Positions 1-10,649 of a stretch of DNA of 42,766 nucleotides are shown here, in pieces. The stretch lies in the sequence record SRR31156797_5930. One strand, 5' to 3'. Positions within the stretch are counted from its first letter, which is position 1. Each line of letters begins with the position of its first letter. The notes under the pieces were generated by a model, which saw only the letters and a list, made by a program, of their open reading frames with translations, was not told the DNA's origin and ran no database searches. Position numbers and translations under genes: made by a program.

Positions 1-716
1 GGATTGAGATAGAGCCCCCCCACCCAGCCCACGGTATCGCGGAGGCTGCTGGCCCCAAGGAAAGGCAGATTCAGATAAAATCCCGGGCCGATGCCGTAAA
101 AAGCGAAAACCTGCCCCAGGTCCTCATCCTGTACCGGATAATCCAGGGCCTGTCTGGCCACATCCTCAAACCCCAGAAAACCTGCCGACGAGTTGACCAT
201 GAACCGCACCAGGATAATACCCACACTCTCAATTTTCCCCTGTAAGAGGCTGCTGACCAGACGGATGGGCATACTCAGATTGGTGAAAAAATTGCGGATG
301 GCAACCCGAAGGACCTCAGGCATTACCACACTGTAACCTTCGCCAACGGGTTTGAAAAACCAGAAATAGGCCGCATCGTTGAATGCAAAAAAAGCACGAT
401 TCATGGGTTCCAGAGGATCGGGAAACAGAGTTTCCTCCGGTAATCCATCCTCCGGCCAGTCTTCCGAATCTTCGAGATCCTTTGAGGCTTTTTCTTCTTT
501 TGATGCCGCCTTTTCCTCCGGGACACCCGTTTTGGCATTTTCCTGACCCAGGCGGGCCGTTCGAATCAACTCATGACCGACCATGTCAACTTCAAGGGAT
601 GCGGCATCCTGTCTGGAATCAAATGATGAAGCCCACGTTATCTCCCACTGGCAATGAATTCCCAAAAAGACAAACCCGAAAACCAGAACAAACCATAATC
701 GATACCAAACCCCCAT
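1..716 (-). CDS. mlaA: MlaA/VacJ family protein (3' end runs off the window)
   Basis: Not in the ORF track. Manual translation from ATG 716 gives DPLEPMNRAFFAFND...NFFTNL...RFMVNSSAGFLGFEDVA...DEDLGQVFAFYGIGPGFYLNLPFLGPSSLRD. Follows mlaC. Confidence 0.9.
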   Translation of the reverse strand, partial: MGVWYRLWFVLVFGFVFLGIHCQWEITWASSFDSRQDAASLEVDMVGHELIRTARLGQENAKTGVPEEKAASKEEKASKDLEDSEDWPEDGLPEETLFPDPLEPMNRAFFAFNDAAYFWFFKPVGEGYSVVMPEVLRVAIRNFFTNLSMPIRLVSSLLQGKIESVGIILVRFMVNSSAGFLGFEDVARQALDYPVQDEDLGQVFAFYGIGPGFYLNLPFLGASSLRDTVGWVGGLYLN

Positions 717-747
717 GAATCGCTCCCCCTCAACAAGGCTCACCATT

Positions 748-1368
748 TCAATCTTTCTCCGCCACCTTTACCCTTAGTTTCCGTACCAAATCATCGTAGG
801 AGGACCGCAGTATAATGCTGTTAAACTGCTTTCGATAATTATTGACCAAGCTGACGCCCTCGACGGAAATATCATATACCAGCCAATTGCCACCGACTTC
901 TTTCAGTCTGTAGCGAACCGACACCTCTGTCTGGGAATGGGTAAGGATCTTTGCCGTTACGGTTCCATATTTCCCGTCAATGGTTTCATCTACATAAATA
1001 ACTTTTTCACCGGAATAACTCCCCACCTTGTCCATGTAGGTCCGCTCCAGCAATTTACCGAAAAGGGCGATAAATTCTTTCTTTTCCGCATCAGATCGCT
1101 TCCGCCAGTGCCTGGCAAGGGCTCTTTTGGTCATGGCTTCCCAGTTAAACCGATCATCCACCGTCTGACGGATCAGTTGTCCCCGCTTTTTTTTATTTTC
1201 CGGGCCTTTTAAAGCAGGATCGCTGACAATGGCTAAAATACGGTCGGTGGTCTCTTTGACGCCGTCCGTCGGGGCACCGGCAAAGCAGGGTGCGGCAAGC
1301 ATTACCGTCAATAAAAGACCTACCAACAGAGGGTGTAAACAGCGTTGAATTCGGTATTTTTCTATCAT
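748..1368 (-). CDS. mlaC: MlaC/Ttg2D periplasmic phospholipid-binding protein
   Basis: Signal peptide; WLVYDISVEGVSLVNNYRKQF motif; operon context. Confidence 0.92.
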   Translation of the reverse strand: MIEKYRIQRCLHPLLVGLLLTVMLAAPCFAGAPTDGVKETTDRILAIVSDPALKGPENKKKRGQLIRQTVDDRFNWEAMTKRALARHWRKRSDAEKKEFIALFGKLLERTYMDKVGSYSGEKVIYVDETIDGKYGTVTAKILTHSQTEVSVRYRLKEVGGNWLVYDISVEGVSLVNNYRKQFNSIILRSSYDDLVRKLRVKVAEKD

Positions 1369-1393
1369 ACAGGCCTCCTAATCCTGTTTGTCG

Positions 1394-1834
1394 CTAGAGC
1401 TTTCCAAAAACATAATTTGAAATCAACTCCTCAAAATCAATTGCGGACTGAGTATCTCTGATCCTTCCACCGGGGCCGATCAATTCTTCGGAGCCGCCGG
1501 GTGTGATCTCGATATACTTGTCGCCGATCAAACCGCGGGTTTTGATGGAGGCAATGGCATCCTCCTGGATCTTCACATCAAGGGAAAAATCCATCAACAC
1601 CCGGGCCTGGTAGTCATCCAGGCCGACCTGTTTTACCCGGCCGATTTCCACTCCGGCAATCACCACCGATGATCCGGATTTGATGCCGCCACCGTTTGAA
1701 AAGACGGCTTCCACCTCGTATCCCTGGCTGCCCAGAACCTCCAGTTTCCCCAATTTAATGGAAAGATACCCCAGGCACAAAATCCCTACAATCATGAACA
1801 GGCCCACACACAACTCAAGATCAAATTTCTTCAT
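1394..1834 (-). CDS. mlaD: MlaD MCE-domain protein
   Basis: N-terminal TM helix; VVIAGVEIGRV and IKTRGLIGDKYIEITPG motifs. Confidence 0.93.
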   Translation of the reverse strand: MKKFDLELCVGLFMIVGILCLGYLSIKLGKLEVLGSQGYEVEAVFSNGGGIKSGSSVVIAGVEIGRVKQVGLDDYQARVLMDFSLDVKIQEDAIASIKTRGLIGDKYIEITPGGSEELIGPGGRIRDTQSAIDFEELISNYVFGKL

Positions 1835-1903
1835 TCCTTCCCCTTGTTTAAAAGCAATCCGCTTTTATCCCAGCTGCCGGCTTTGCGCTCACTAAGCCTG
1901 AAC

Positions 1904-2623
1904 CTAACCATTCAAGAATGCTCCAATCACCGGATCACGGCTATCCATAAAATCCGACGGGGTCCCTTCCAAACGTACCAACCCTTGATGAAGCATGATA
2001 ACGCGATCCACAATGGCAAACACCTTCGGGATTTCATGGGTGACGATAATACCGGTAAAGGAAAGTCGCCGGTGACAGGAATCGATCAGTTTCAGAATCG
2101 ATTGGCCCGTTACCGGATCCAGCCCGGTGGTGGGTTCGTCAAAGAGCATGATTTCAGGATCTTCCACCAAGGCTCTGGCTAAAGCGGCCCGCTTTACCAT
2201 GCCGCCGCTGATTTGAGAAGGATAGCGATGTTCCGATCCCATAAGCCCCACATTCTCCAGCTCCTTCATAACCTTTTCCCGAATAACCTTGTGGCCCAGC
2301 TTACTTTTTTCTTTCAAAGGAAAAGCAACATTTTCAAAAACATTCAAGGAATCAAAAAGCGCCCCCCCCTGGAACAGAAAACCCAATCGTTCTCGAAAGA
2401 TCCGCAGGGATTTTTGTCCCGAACCGCTTATTTTCACGCCATCCACCATCACGCTTCCCCGATCCGGTTTCATGAGCCCTGCAACATGTTTCAAGAGGAC
2501 ACTCTTACCGCCGCCACTCCCTCCGACCAGGGCAAATACCTGACCCTTGCCCACTTCAAAGGAAATACCTTTGAGCACATCATGTCCATCAAACGATTTC
2601 TGCAATTTATCGATTTTGATCAT
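1904..2623 (-). CDS. mlaF: MlaF ABC transporter ATP-binding protein
   Basis: Walker A GGSGGGKS, FQGGALFDSLNVFENVAFPL, ISGGMVKR signature, DEPTTGLDP. Confidence 0.92.
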   Translation of the reverse strand: MIKIDKLQKSFDGHDVLKGISFEVGKGQVFALVGGSGGGKSVLLKHVAGLMKPDRGSVMVDGVKISGSGQKSLRIFRERLGFLFQGGALFDSLNVFENVAFPLKEKSKLGHKVIREKVMKELENVGLMGSEHRYPSQISGGMVKRAALARALVEDPEIMLFDEPTTGLDPVTGQSILKLIDSCHRRLSFTGIIVTHEIPKVFAIVDRVIMLHQGLVRLEGTPSDFMDSRDPVIGAFLNG

Positions 2624-2632
2624 GGGTTCATA

Positions 2633-3409
2633 TCAAAACAGTATGGATGTCATAAAATAATCCCAGACAAGAATCAACACGGAAGAGAGTACCACCGCCT
2701 GCGTGGTCGCCTTGCTAACCCCTTCCGATCCGAATCCCGTATATATTCCCGCATAATAGCCTTTAAAGCAACAAACCCAGGCGATAATGACGCCAAAGCT
2801 CAGAGATTTGTAAATTCCTTCCATAACATCTTTCATCTCAACGTAATGGGCCATTTCTCCGAAGTAGGTGCCGGCGCCGACCCCCAACAGTTTACCACCG
2901 ATGAGGTAGCCACCAAAAATCCCCACCACGTCAAAAAGCGCGGTCAGTAAAGGCAAGCAAATAATGGCGGCGATCAGGTTTGGTACCATCAGATAGCGAT
3001 AGGGGTTAAGGCCCATCAATTCCAACGCATCGATCTGCTCACTGATGCGCATAATCCCGATTTCTGCAGCGATGGCGGATCCCGCCCTTCCCGTTACCAT
3101 GAGGGCGGCAATGACGGGCCCAAGCTCCTTAATCAACGCCAATCCCACCATGGGGCCCAGAAAAGCATCGGAGCCAAACCGGCTTAAACTGTAAAAACCC
3201 TGAAATCCCAGCACCATGCCTGAAAACCCTCCGGTCAGGGCGATGAGGAGAATGGATTGAAATCCGATGAATTGAACCTGTTTGAGGCATCGGGAAATCT
3301 TGAGGGGCGGCACAAAGGTGTACAGAAGTGTCTTCAGGAAAAAGATACCCATGGCACCCATTCTACGAACATATTCCAGGATCAGAACACCCAACTTCCG
3401 GGTTACCAT
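2633..3409 (-). CDS. mlaE: MlaE ABC transporter permease
   Basis: KELGPVIAALMVTGRAGSAIAAEIGIMRISEQIDALELMG and GVSKATTQAVV motifs. Confidence 0.95.
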   Translation of the reverse strand: MVTRKLGVLILEYVRRMGAMGIFFLKTLLYTFVPPLKISRCLKQVQFIGFQSILLIALTGGFSGMVLGFQGFYSLSRFGSDAFLGPMVGLALIKELGPVIAALMVTGRAGSAIAAEIGIMRISEQIDALELMGLNPYRYLMVPNLIAAIICLPLLTALFDVVGIFGGYLIGGKLLGVGAGTYFGEMAHYVEMKDVMEGIYKSLSFGVIIAWVCCFKGYYAGIYTGFGSEGVSKATTQAVVLSSVLILVWDYFMTSILF

Positions 3410-3556
3410 GGGAAAAAATGAGGCAAAAGCCGCGTTATGTGTTAAAATTTTTCCGATGTTGATATTTCCTTTATTTTAGAATAACCATTAAGCTCGGATC
3501 CCCAAAAAAATAGACGAAACGCCGTTTCATCCAGCAAGTGCACTCGGGAGCTTCCA

Positions 3557-4027
3557 ATGCCGAAAATCAGAATCATTGTCGTTGGCAATACAAAAGCATC
3601 CTTTCTTAAAGAGGGGGAATTATTTTATCTCAAACGCCTCAGGCGATACACACCTATCGAGTGGGTTGAAGTTAAACCCGAAAAAATTACAAAGGGGACA
3701 TTTAAAGAAAAATTGCTGGCATCGGAAGGACGCTCCATTGAGAAGAAGTTCCACTCAAGAGATCACATTATCGTCCTGGACGTATCAGGGAGGGAGTATT
3801 CTTCCAAAGCCCTCTCAACCCGAATTGAGCGGTTATCATGGAAAGGAGATCCTTTATGTTTTGTGATCGGAGGCCCTTTAGGGATTTCAAAAGAGATCCT
3901 TCGCAAAGCGAACGAAACGCTCTCGCTTTCAAAACTGACCCTGACCCATGAAATGAGTCGAATTCTGCTCCTGGAACAACTCTACAGGGCATTTACCATC
4001 ATGAAAGGTGAAAAATATCATAAGTAG
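3557..4027 (+). CDS. rlmH: 23S rRNA m3-pseudouridine1915 methyltransferase
   Basis: SPOUT motifs FVIGGPLG and LSLSKLTLTHEMSRILLLEQLYRAFTI; ends in YHK. Confidence 0.95.
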   Translation: MPKIRIIVVGNTKASFLKEGELFYLKRLRRYTPIEWVEVKPEKITKGTFKEKLLASEGRSIEKKFHSRDHIIVLDVSGREYSSKALSTRIERLSWKGDPLCFVIGGPLGISKEILRKANETLSLSKLTLTHEMSRILLLEQLYRAFTIMKGEKYHK

Positions 4028-4133
4028 CCAACTTCATTTATGATGGCGGTGGATCCAATACCTAATCTTTGTATGCATGACATCCCGCAAGCAGCCCCAC
4101 AACACACCAAAAGTCCCGCCTGCCGTTTTGCTT

Positions 4134-4496
4134 TTAATCCTTTGTGGCCTCAAGGGCCATGGCGATCTTATTCTTCAGCTCGGATAGATCAAACGATTTG
4201 ATGACATAAAAATCGGCAGCAATGGATTTCATGTTCTCCTTGAAAGTGTCGTAGGCGGTACATAAAACCACCGGCAGGTCATAGAACTTATTCCTGATAT
4301 CCTGCAAAAGATCGAGACCGTTATAATCCACCATCTTGATGTCAAGGACCACCAGATCCGGCTTTTCTTCCTCGATCTTTTCAAGCAGCATATATCCGTT
4401 CTCCGCCGTAATCACTTCGTAGCCGGCATCACTCAACTCTTCCGAGTACAGATAGCGAATATGCTCTTCATCGTCTACAATCAGGATTTTGGCCAT
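4134..4496 (-). CDS. Stand-alone response regulator receiver protein
   Basis: ILIVDDE, LVVLDIKM (phospho-Asp), CTAY, VIKS; 120 aa with no output domain. Confidence 0.92.
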   Translation of the reverse strand: MAKILIVDDEEHIRYLYSEELSDAGYEVITAENGYMLLEKIEEEKPDLVVLDIKMVDYNGLDLLQDIRNKFYDLPVVLCTAYDTFKENMKSIAADFYVIKSFDLSELKNKIAMALEATKD

Positions 4497-4584
4497 AATT
4501 CTTCTCCAGAAATTTTGAAAATTGAACCGGGCACGTCAATGGCTTTCCGGCCGGTCATTAAGAGCCCGACCCCGTCTCGCGCGC

Positions 4585-4613
4585 ATCATATCAAAAGCAA
4601 ATGGTCTTTGCAA
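4585..4613 (-). promoter_or_regulatory. Putative sigma70 promoter for the receiver gene
   Basis: Minus strand TTGCAA-17 nt-TATGAT, with TGn extended -10. Confidence 0.5.
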
Positions 4614-4683
4614 ACGAACCATGAACCTTTTTCAAAAATCTCCATTCAGATTTAATCGCCATCAATGTAACCCGGTTCATGTC

Positions 4684-5532
<849 letters not shown>

Positions 5533-5675
5533 ATCGATACTCCTTTTTCCTTATGTTTTAATGAGATAGGTCCAAAATCGGTCAACCGACCGAATTCTCA
5601 TGGACCCATGACGGAAAAACTTACATTGAAACAGCAATGAGTACAAGTATAAATATGGAATGCCGGGGAAATTAT

Positions 5676-6797
5676 TCATCCCGAAGCTTCATTCAACAAC
5701 TTTAAAACAAAATCCGATACCTGCTCCGCTCCGTTGGGTTCTACCCCCGGAACAGGAGGCATATCCAGCAGTTCCGAAACCCGCAAGATCCAATCACCGG
5801 TTTCAAACATCCCTTCATCAATTGAATAACCGGTCATATGATTTTCGATATATCGGGAAAGAATTTCGGACTCCCGGAACCGGGTTCGCTTGATGTATCC
5901 GTAAGGGACCCGGGCATGATAGACTTCCGCAAGGGTGCTGTATCCCACTTTTCCCACCACTGCATCAGCTGAATGAACCAGGTCGGGATGAAAAAAATCG
6001 GAGTGATGGGGCAAAAGAATTACGTTTTCGGAAACTCGAAAGTCCCTACCGGCACCCGGTACCACATAAAAGATTCCTTTTTGAGCGGCCAGCCGACCGA
6101 TAAACCCGTGATCTTTGGGGATCCCGCCCATGGTAATGAGGACCAATGGGGCCTGTTCGGGTATTTGCAGCGCCTTTCTCACCTGTAATCGGTCTTTTCC
6201 GGCTTTGCGGCTCACCGGCCCTGTGGTCAGATGAACCTGGCTCTTTGAGCAGACAGGCGTCGTCTGAATGTGGAAATCCGCTGAATAAAAGAGAGATCCA
6301 AGATGGGCCATATGGGGTTTGAACCCTGTCTCTTCCAAAACGTATTCCCGGTAAACCCAATCCCATGTAAAGTTCTCTACCAAAACGGATGGTACACCCG
6401 CTTCCCGAGCAACGGCAATACCCAGAGGAGAAATATCACAAAGGACCATGGCGCATTTTAGACGGGTTATTTTTTTTGCCAAATCCTCCAACTGCCATGG
6501 ATTGAACGGTAGAAATTCACCCAGAGATGCCACGGTCCTGGACAGATTGGCACAAAGGGGACCTTCCTGCACCAAACCCACATCGGTCAAAAGCGCATGG
6601 TAAGAAAATGATCCGGAAAGGGATTCCTCGAAAAACCATTGCGGCACCGTGGTGAATATCTCGAATCGCATCCCGGCAGAGCGATCCTGAATGGCGCTCA
6701 TGATTGCACAAGCCCTTGCGGCATGACCGAAACCATGGGGTGAAATGAAGTACGCCAGCGTCGGATTGCCGGATTGTACGGGGTTAATGGATTTCAT
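5676..6797 (-). CDS. GT-B fold glycosyltransferase-like protein (resembles the L-arabinokinase N-terminal domain)
   Basis: YFISPHGFGHAAR, NFTWDWVY, VVGKVGYSTLAE motifs. Confidence 0.7.
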   Translation of the reverse strand: MKSINPVQSGNPTLAYFISPHGFGHAARACAIMSAIQDRSAGMRFEIFTTVPQWFFEESLSGSFSYHALLTDVGLVQEGPLCANLSRTVASLGEFLPFNPWQLEDLAKKITRLKCAMVLCDISPLGIAVAREAGVPSVLVENFTWDWVYREYVLEETGFKPHMAHLGSLFYSADFHIQTTPVCSKSQVHLTTGPVSRKAGKDRLQVRKALQIPEQAPLVLITMGGIPKDHGFIGRLAAQKGIFYVVPGAGRDFRVSENVILLPHHSDFFHPDLVHSADAVVGKVGYSTLAEVYHARVPYGYIKRTRFRESEILSRYIENHMTGYSIDEGMFETGDWILRVSELLDMPPVPGVEPNGAEQVSDFVLKLLNEASG

Positions 6798-6873
6798 GGG
6801 GCACCCTTTTTACTTGCGGGAATGGTCGGCATTGGGTTAATCTCCCGCCCAAAACAACCATGGAGAAAGCCTT

Positions 6874-8373
6874 ATGCAGACACAATTTCTTCTGGCGGAC
6901 AAACTGATCCTTGTGTTCTATTTCCTGGCCGTTATACTCTTTGGCGCCTATTTCCGCAAGAAAAGCGGCACAAGTTCGGGGTTCATGATCGCCAATGGAA
7001 GACTTCCCGGCTGGGCGGTGGGCCTTTCCATATTGGGAACCTTCGTGAGCAGCATCACATTCCTGGCCTATCCCGGCCAGGCCTACAACGCCAACTGGGA
7101 TGTTTTTATATTTTCGCTCACACTACCGCCGGCGGCCCTGGTGGCCACACTCTATTTCATTCCCCTTTACAGGGAAAGAGTCAAAATATCGGCCTACGAA
7201 TATCTGGAGCAACGTTTCGGCCCATGGGCCCGCATCTACGGCAGCATCAGTTTCATGCTGGGCTCCCTGGCCCGTATCGGCATGATCCTCTTTCTGGTGT
7301 CCCTCGTATTGCACCATCTCACGGGATGGTCCTACGGAACCATTATCATCATTACCGGCATCGGGGTGACCTGCTATACGGTGTTGGGCGGGATTGAAGC
7401 GGTGGTCTGGACGGACGTGGTTCAGGTTATTATCCTTTTCGGCGGCGCCATCGTTTCCGTTATCATTCTGCTCGCCGGAATGCCGGAAGGACCGGGGCAG
7501 TTATTCGAGATTGCGGCACAACAACGGAAATTTTCCTTAGGGAGCTGGCAACCGGATCTCATGGCTCCCACGGCATGGGTGGTCCTCATATACGGTATTA
7601 TTGAAAACCTGAGGAATTTCGGTGTGGATCAGAACTATGTGCAACGCTACCAGGTCACCCGATCCGTTAAAGACGCATCACGTTCCGTCTGGATCGCTGC
7701 AATCGCCTACATTCCCGTTTCAGCCCTTTTCCTGTTCATCGGCACGGCCCTTTTCTCTTTCTATTCCGCCAACGCCCATCTGCTTCCCTCTTCACTTGAA
7801 GGGTCTCTGGCAGGAGATAAGATATACCCATATTTCATCGCCACGCAGTTTCCGGTTGGCCTCAGGGGGTTACTCATTGCGGCCATATTTGCCGCTGCCA
7901 TGAGCAGTATCGACTCATCGCTGAATTGTGTCTCTACACTGACATTGCTGGATTTTTATAAGCGGTATATCAACCCCGGCGCCCATGAGAAACAAAGCAT
8001 CAAGCTGTTACGGGTTTATACGGTTATCTGGGGCGTGTTGGGAACCCTGACGGGGCTGGCCATGATTGAGGTTCGAACGGCCCTTGAAACAGGCTGGCAA
8101 CTGGCGGGCATTGCCGGCGGCGGACTCGTGGGACTTTTTCTTATGGGCTTGATGTGCCGCTGGGTAAAACCGTGGCAGGCCGGCACGGCAGTCCTGGCCA
8201 GCATTATGAGCATTGTCTGGGCAACTTTCGCCCGGGAACTGCCCCGGCAGTGGGATTGGCTTGAATGTGCATGGCATTCCCGTATGATCGGCGTCATCGG
8301 TACCATCACGTTGCTGATTGTGGGCGTTGGCCTGGGCATTTCAACATATAAGCGGAAAAATGACATCTCATAG
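6874..8373 (+). CDS. Sodium:solute symporter (SSS family)
   Basis: Many TM helices; SAYEYLEQRFG, GGIEAVVWTDVVQ, DQNYVQRY, FAAAMSSIDSSLN. Confidence 0.93.
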   Translation: MQTQFLLADKLILVFYFLAVILFGAYFRKKSGTSSGFMIANGRLPGWAVGLSILGTFVSSITFLAYPGQAYNANWDVFIFSLTLPPAALVATLYFIPLYRERVKISAYEYLEQRFGPWARIYGSISFMLGSLARIGMILFLVSLVLHHLTGWSYGTIIIITGIGVTCYTVLGGIEAVVWTDVVQVIILFGGAIVSVIILLAGMPEGPGQLFEIAAQQRKFSLGSWQPDLMAPTAWVVLIYGIIENLRNFGVDQNYVQRYQVTRSVKDASRSVWIAAIAYIPVSALFLFIGTALFSFYSANAHLLPSSLEGSLAGDKIYPYFIATQFPVGLRGLLIAAIFAAAMSSIDSSLNCVSTLTLLDFYKRYINPGAHEKQSIKLLRVYTVIWGVLGTLTGLAMIEVRTALETGWQLAGIAGGGLVGLFLMGLMCRWVKPWQAGTAVLASIMSIVWATFARELPRQWDWLECAWHSRMIGVIGTITLLIVGVGLGISTYKRKNDIS

Positions 8374-8400
8374 TGTTTGACAATGTCCCCGGGAGGCTGT

Positions 8401-8739
8401 CTAAAAACTCTTCACGGCGGCTTCCACATCATCAAAGATGCCGAAAATACGGTGCAGCCGCGTCAATTCAAAAATACTGCGAACCTGTTTCTGCAATGCA
8501 GCCACCTTAACATCCCCTTTCCGCTCATTCACCGAACGAAGGGATGACACCAGACTACCCAAGCCTGAACTATCGATGAAATCCACACCAGCCATATCCA
8601 CAATCAGCTTGACGCGGTTTTCTTTCACCAGGGCATCCACCAGTCCCTTCAGTTTCTTGGCTGAAGAGGCCTCCAACCGACCGGTCAACACCAGCACATC
8701 GACATCCTTTAACCTCTTCTCCGAAATTTCCATATTCAA
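8401..8739 (-). CDS. STAS-domain anti-sigma factor antagonist (RsbV/SpoIIAA-like)
   Basis: VDFIDSSGLG phospho-Ser motif; IFELTRL. Confidence 0.92.
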   Translation of the reverse strand: MNMEISEKRLKDVDVLVLTGRLEASSAKKLKGLVDALVKENRVKLIVDMAGVDFIDSSGLGSLVSSLRSVNERKGDVKVAALQKQVRSIFELTRLHRIFGIFDDVEAAVKSF

Positions 8740-8790
8740 GTCTCCTTAAATCGGGATCTCTGTAAACCCTTTAATTGTCCAATAAACTGA

Positions 8791-9246
8791 TCATGAAATA
8801 CTTTTTTTCAAAACCAAACAGTTATATTCATTTTCCGATCGGTATTCAACGCCGTCCATGATCTCTTTCATGATCCCTAAGCCTCTGCCACAATCTGCAA
8901 TGCCGTGGATGTTCTGTTTCTCAACGTGAGAAGTGGCCAGATCAGCTCTTTTCAGCCTTTCAGGGTCCATGGGTTTACCCTTATCGCATATTTCAAAAAC
9001 AGCCTCGCTGTCTGAAAGAGTAAAGATCACCATCACCTCCTGTCCGCTTTCTTCCCCATAGGCATGTTTAATGCTGTTGGTAACGGCTTCAATGACGCAT
9101 AATTCAATATTGAAGGCATCGGTTTCTGAAAAAGCCGCATAGGAGCAGAACCGGTTAACCGCGATTCCCACCAGAGGAACATCATCCAAATCGCTTTCGA
9201 TGATGAGTTTTACTTTCCTTAATCCCATGTCAACCGCCCTTCTCAT
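8791..9246 (-). CDS. Anti-sigma factor Ser/Thr kinase (RsbW-like)
   Basis: EAVTNSIKHAY, DKGKP, GRGLGIM...MD. Start could be the second Met (MGLRKV). Confidence 0.9.
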   Translation of the reverse strand: MRRAVDMGLRKVKLIIESDLDDVPLVGIAVNRFCSYAAFSETDAFNIELCVIEAVTNSIKHAYGEESGQEVMVIFTLSDSEAVFEICDKGKPMDPERLKRADLATSHVEKQNIHGIADCGRGLGIMKEIMDGVEYRSENEYNCLVLKKSIS

Positions 9247-9270
9247 GTTATCGTCGATGATTGATCAAGA

Positions 9271-10458
9271 TTACATGCTGAATTCAACCCCGAGCAGGGT
9301 TAAATCATCCTGAGGTGGTATATGATTGCCGAAATCCATAATGCCATTGATAATCCCATCAATATGACCCGTAATGGAGCGATTATTCAATCCGGATAAT
9401 TGGGCATAAAAGCGATCTTCCCCATACAATTCTCCATCCCCGTTCCGGTACTCCACGATTCCATCCGTATAGAGAAACAGCCGGTCTCCGGGCTGAATCT
9501 CCAAAGTCCCCTCTTCAAAAGGGAGCACGCCGCCCATACCGATAATCGTTCCACCTTTTTCAAGCAACTCCAATCCGCCATCTTTGCGTACCAGTACCGG
9601 GGGAGGATGGGCCGCATTGCTGTAGGTGATGTGATTCGAGTCCGTATTGATGATGATATAGCTCATGGTAAAGTATTTATCAAAACGATCAATGGGAAAT
9701 TCCCGATCAAGGGTTTCCAGCACCCGGGAGGGGGGGACAATTTCATAGTGAGGGGGATCTTTCTTGCTTTTTTTCAGCAGGCGGTCATGCTGGGCGTGGA
9801 GCATCTGGGATGCGGAAACCGCCACCAGGGCCGAAGGAACGCCATGTCCGCTCACATCCAGCATATAGAGGCCCCAATGGTCCTCATCGAGCCGCGCCAC
9901 GTTAAAGATATCCCCTCCGATTCTGTCGCAGGGCATAAACCGCCACGCCATTTTCAGCGCTTCAACCTCGGGAATACTTTTGGGCAGCAGGCTTCGCTGT
10001 ATCCCCGCGGCGGCTTTTAAATCTTCATCCAGCTTCTCTTGCTTATCAACCAGTTCCGCATTGGCGCCGATCAATTCCCTGGTAAGCCTCGCGATTTTCA
10101 ATTGAGCCCTTACCCGTGCAAGCACTTCCCCACGGTCAAAAGGTTTCGTCACATAATCAGCGCCTCCCAAATCGAGGCCCTTGATCTTATCTTCCGTTTG
10201 GCTTTTTGCGGACAAGAAAATAATGGGGATATTGGCGGTTTTTTTATCCGCCTTGAGTTGGGCGCAAACGTCATAGCCATCCTTTTTGGGCATCATGATG
10301 TCCAACAGAATCAGATCCGGCATCTTCCGAAACGCCATTTCCACGGCCTGTTCTCCATCTTCAGCCTCCAGAAGGGAATAGCCTTCTTTTTTTAAGATAC
10401 CAACCAGAAGCTTCCGATTAACCATATTATCATCTACTATAAAAACCGTTTCCGCCAT
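9271..10458 (-). CDS. Response regulator with PP2C/SpoIIE phosphatase domain (RsbU-like)
   Basis: REC domain, then AAGIQRSLLP, IGGD, DVSGHGVPSAL, YTDG, DDLT. Confidence 0.93.
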   Translation of the reverse strand: MAETVFIVDDNMVNRKLLVGILKKEGYSLLEAEDGEQAVEMAFRKMPDLILLDIMMPKKDGYDVCAQLKADKKTANIPIIFLSAKSQTEDKIKGLDLGGADYVTKPFDRGEVLARVRAQLKIARLTRELIGANAELVDKQEKLDEDLKAAAGIQRSLLPKSIPEVEALKMAWRFMPCDRIGGDIFNVARLDEDHWGLYMLDVSGHGVPSALVAVSASQMLHAQHDRLLKKSKKDPPHYEIVPPSRVLETLDREFPIDRFDKYFTMSYIIINTDSNHITYSNAAHPPPVLVRKDGGLELLEKGGTIIGMGGVLPFEEGTLEIQPGDRLFLYTDGIVEYRNGDGELYGEDRFYAQLSGLNNRSITGHIDGIINGIMDFGNHIPPQDDLTLLGVEFSM

Positions 10459-10506
10459 GTGGAAAAGTCCTCAGTCTTTTGAGCGGATCACATTAATAGT
10501 GAGAGG

Positions 10507-10535
10507 ATTATAGCTCAGCAACATATGCGGTGCAA
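10507..10535 (-). promoter_or_regulatory. Putative sigma70 promoter of the rsbU-W-V-like operon
   Basis: Minus strand TTGCAC-17 nt-TATAAT, 48 nt upstream of the ATG. Confidence 0.6.
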
Positions 10536-10564
10536 GGCTTTTCAATCCACGGTTCAGTTCACCA

Positions 10565-10593
10565 TTTACAGCCAAATCCGTTAATGTTACACT
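10565..10593 (+). promoter_or_regulatory. Putative sigma70 promoter of the slp pair
   Basis: TTTACA-17 nt-TACACT, with TGn extended -10. Confidence 0.55.
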
Positions 10594-10649
10594 TTAATAA
10601 AATGTGGATGAGAACATTAAAATAAACCGCTCAAGGTAAGAATTCCCCC

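Noticed and set aside
4005-4133. rlmH 3' end (…TATCATAAGTAG) as an integration site, as for SCC elements
   Set aside because: No recombinase, no second copy of the site noticed, and ordinary genes follow.
8401-8739. STAS protein as the missing MlaB
   Set aside because: It has the DSSGLG phospho-Ser motif and lies in an operon with RsbW-like and PP2C genes.
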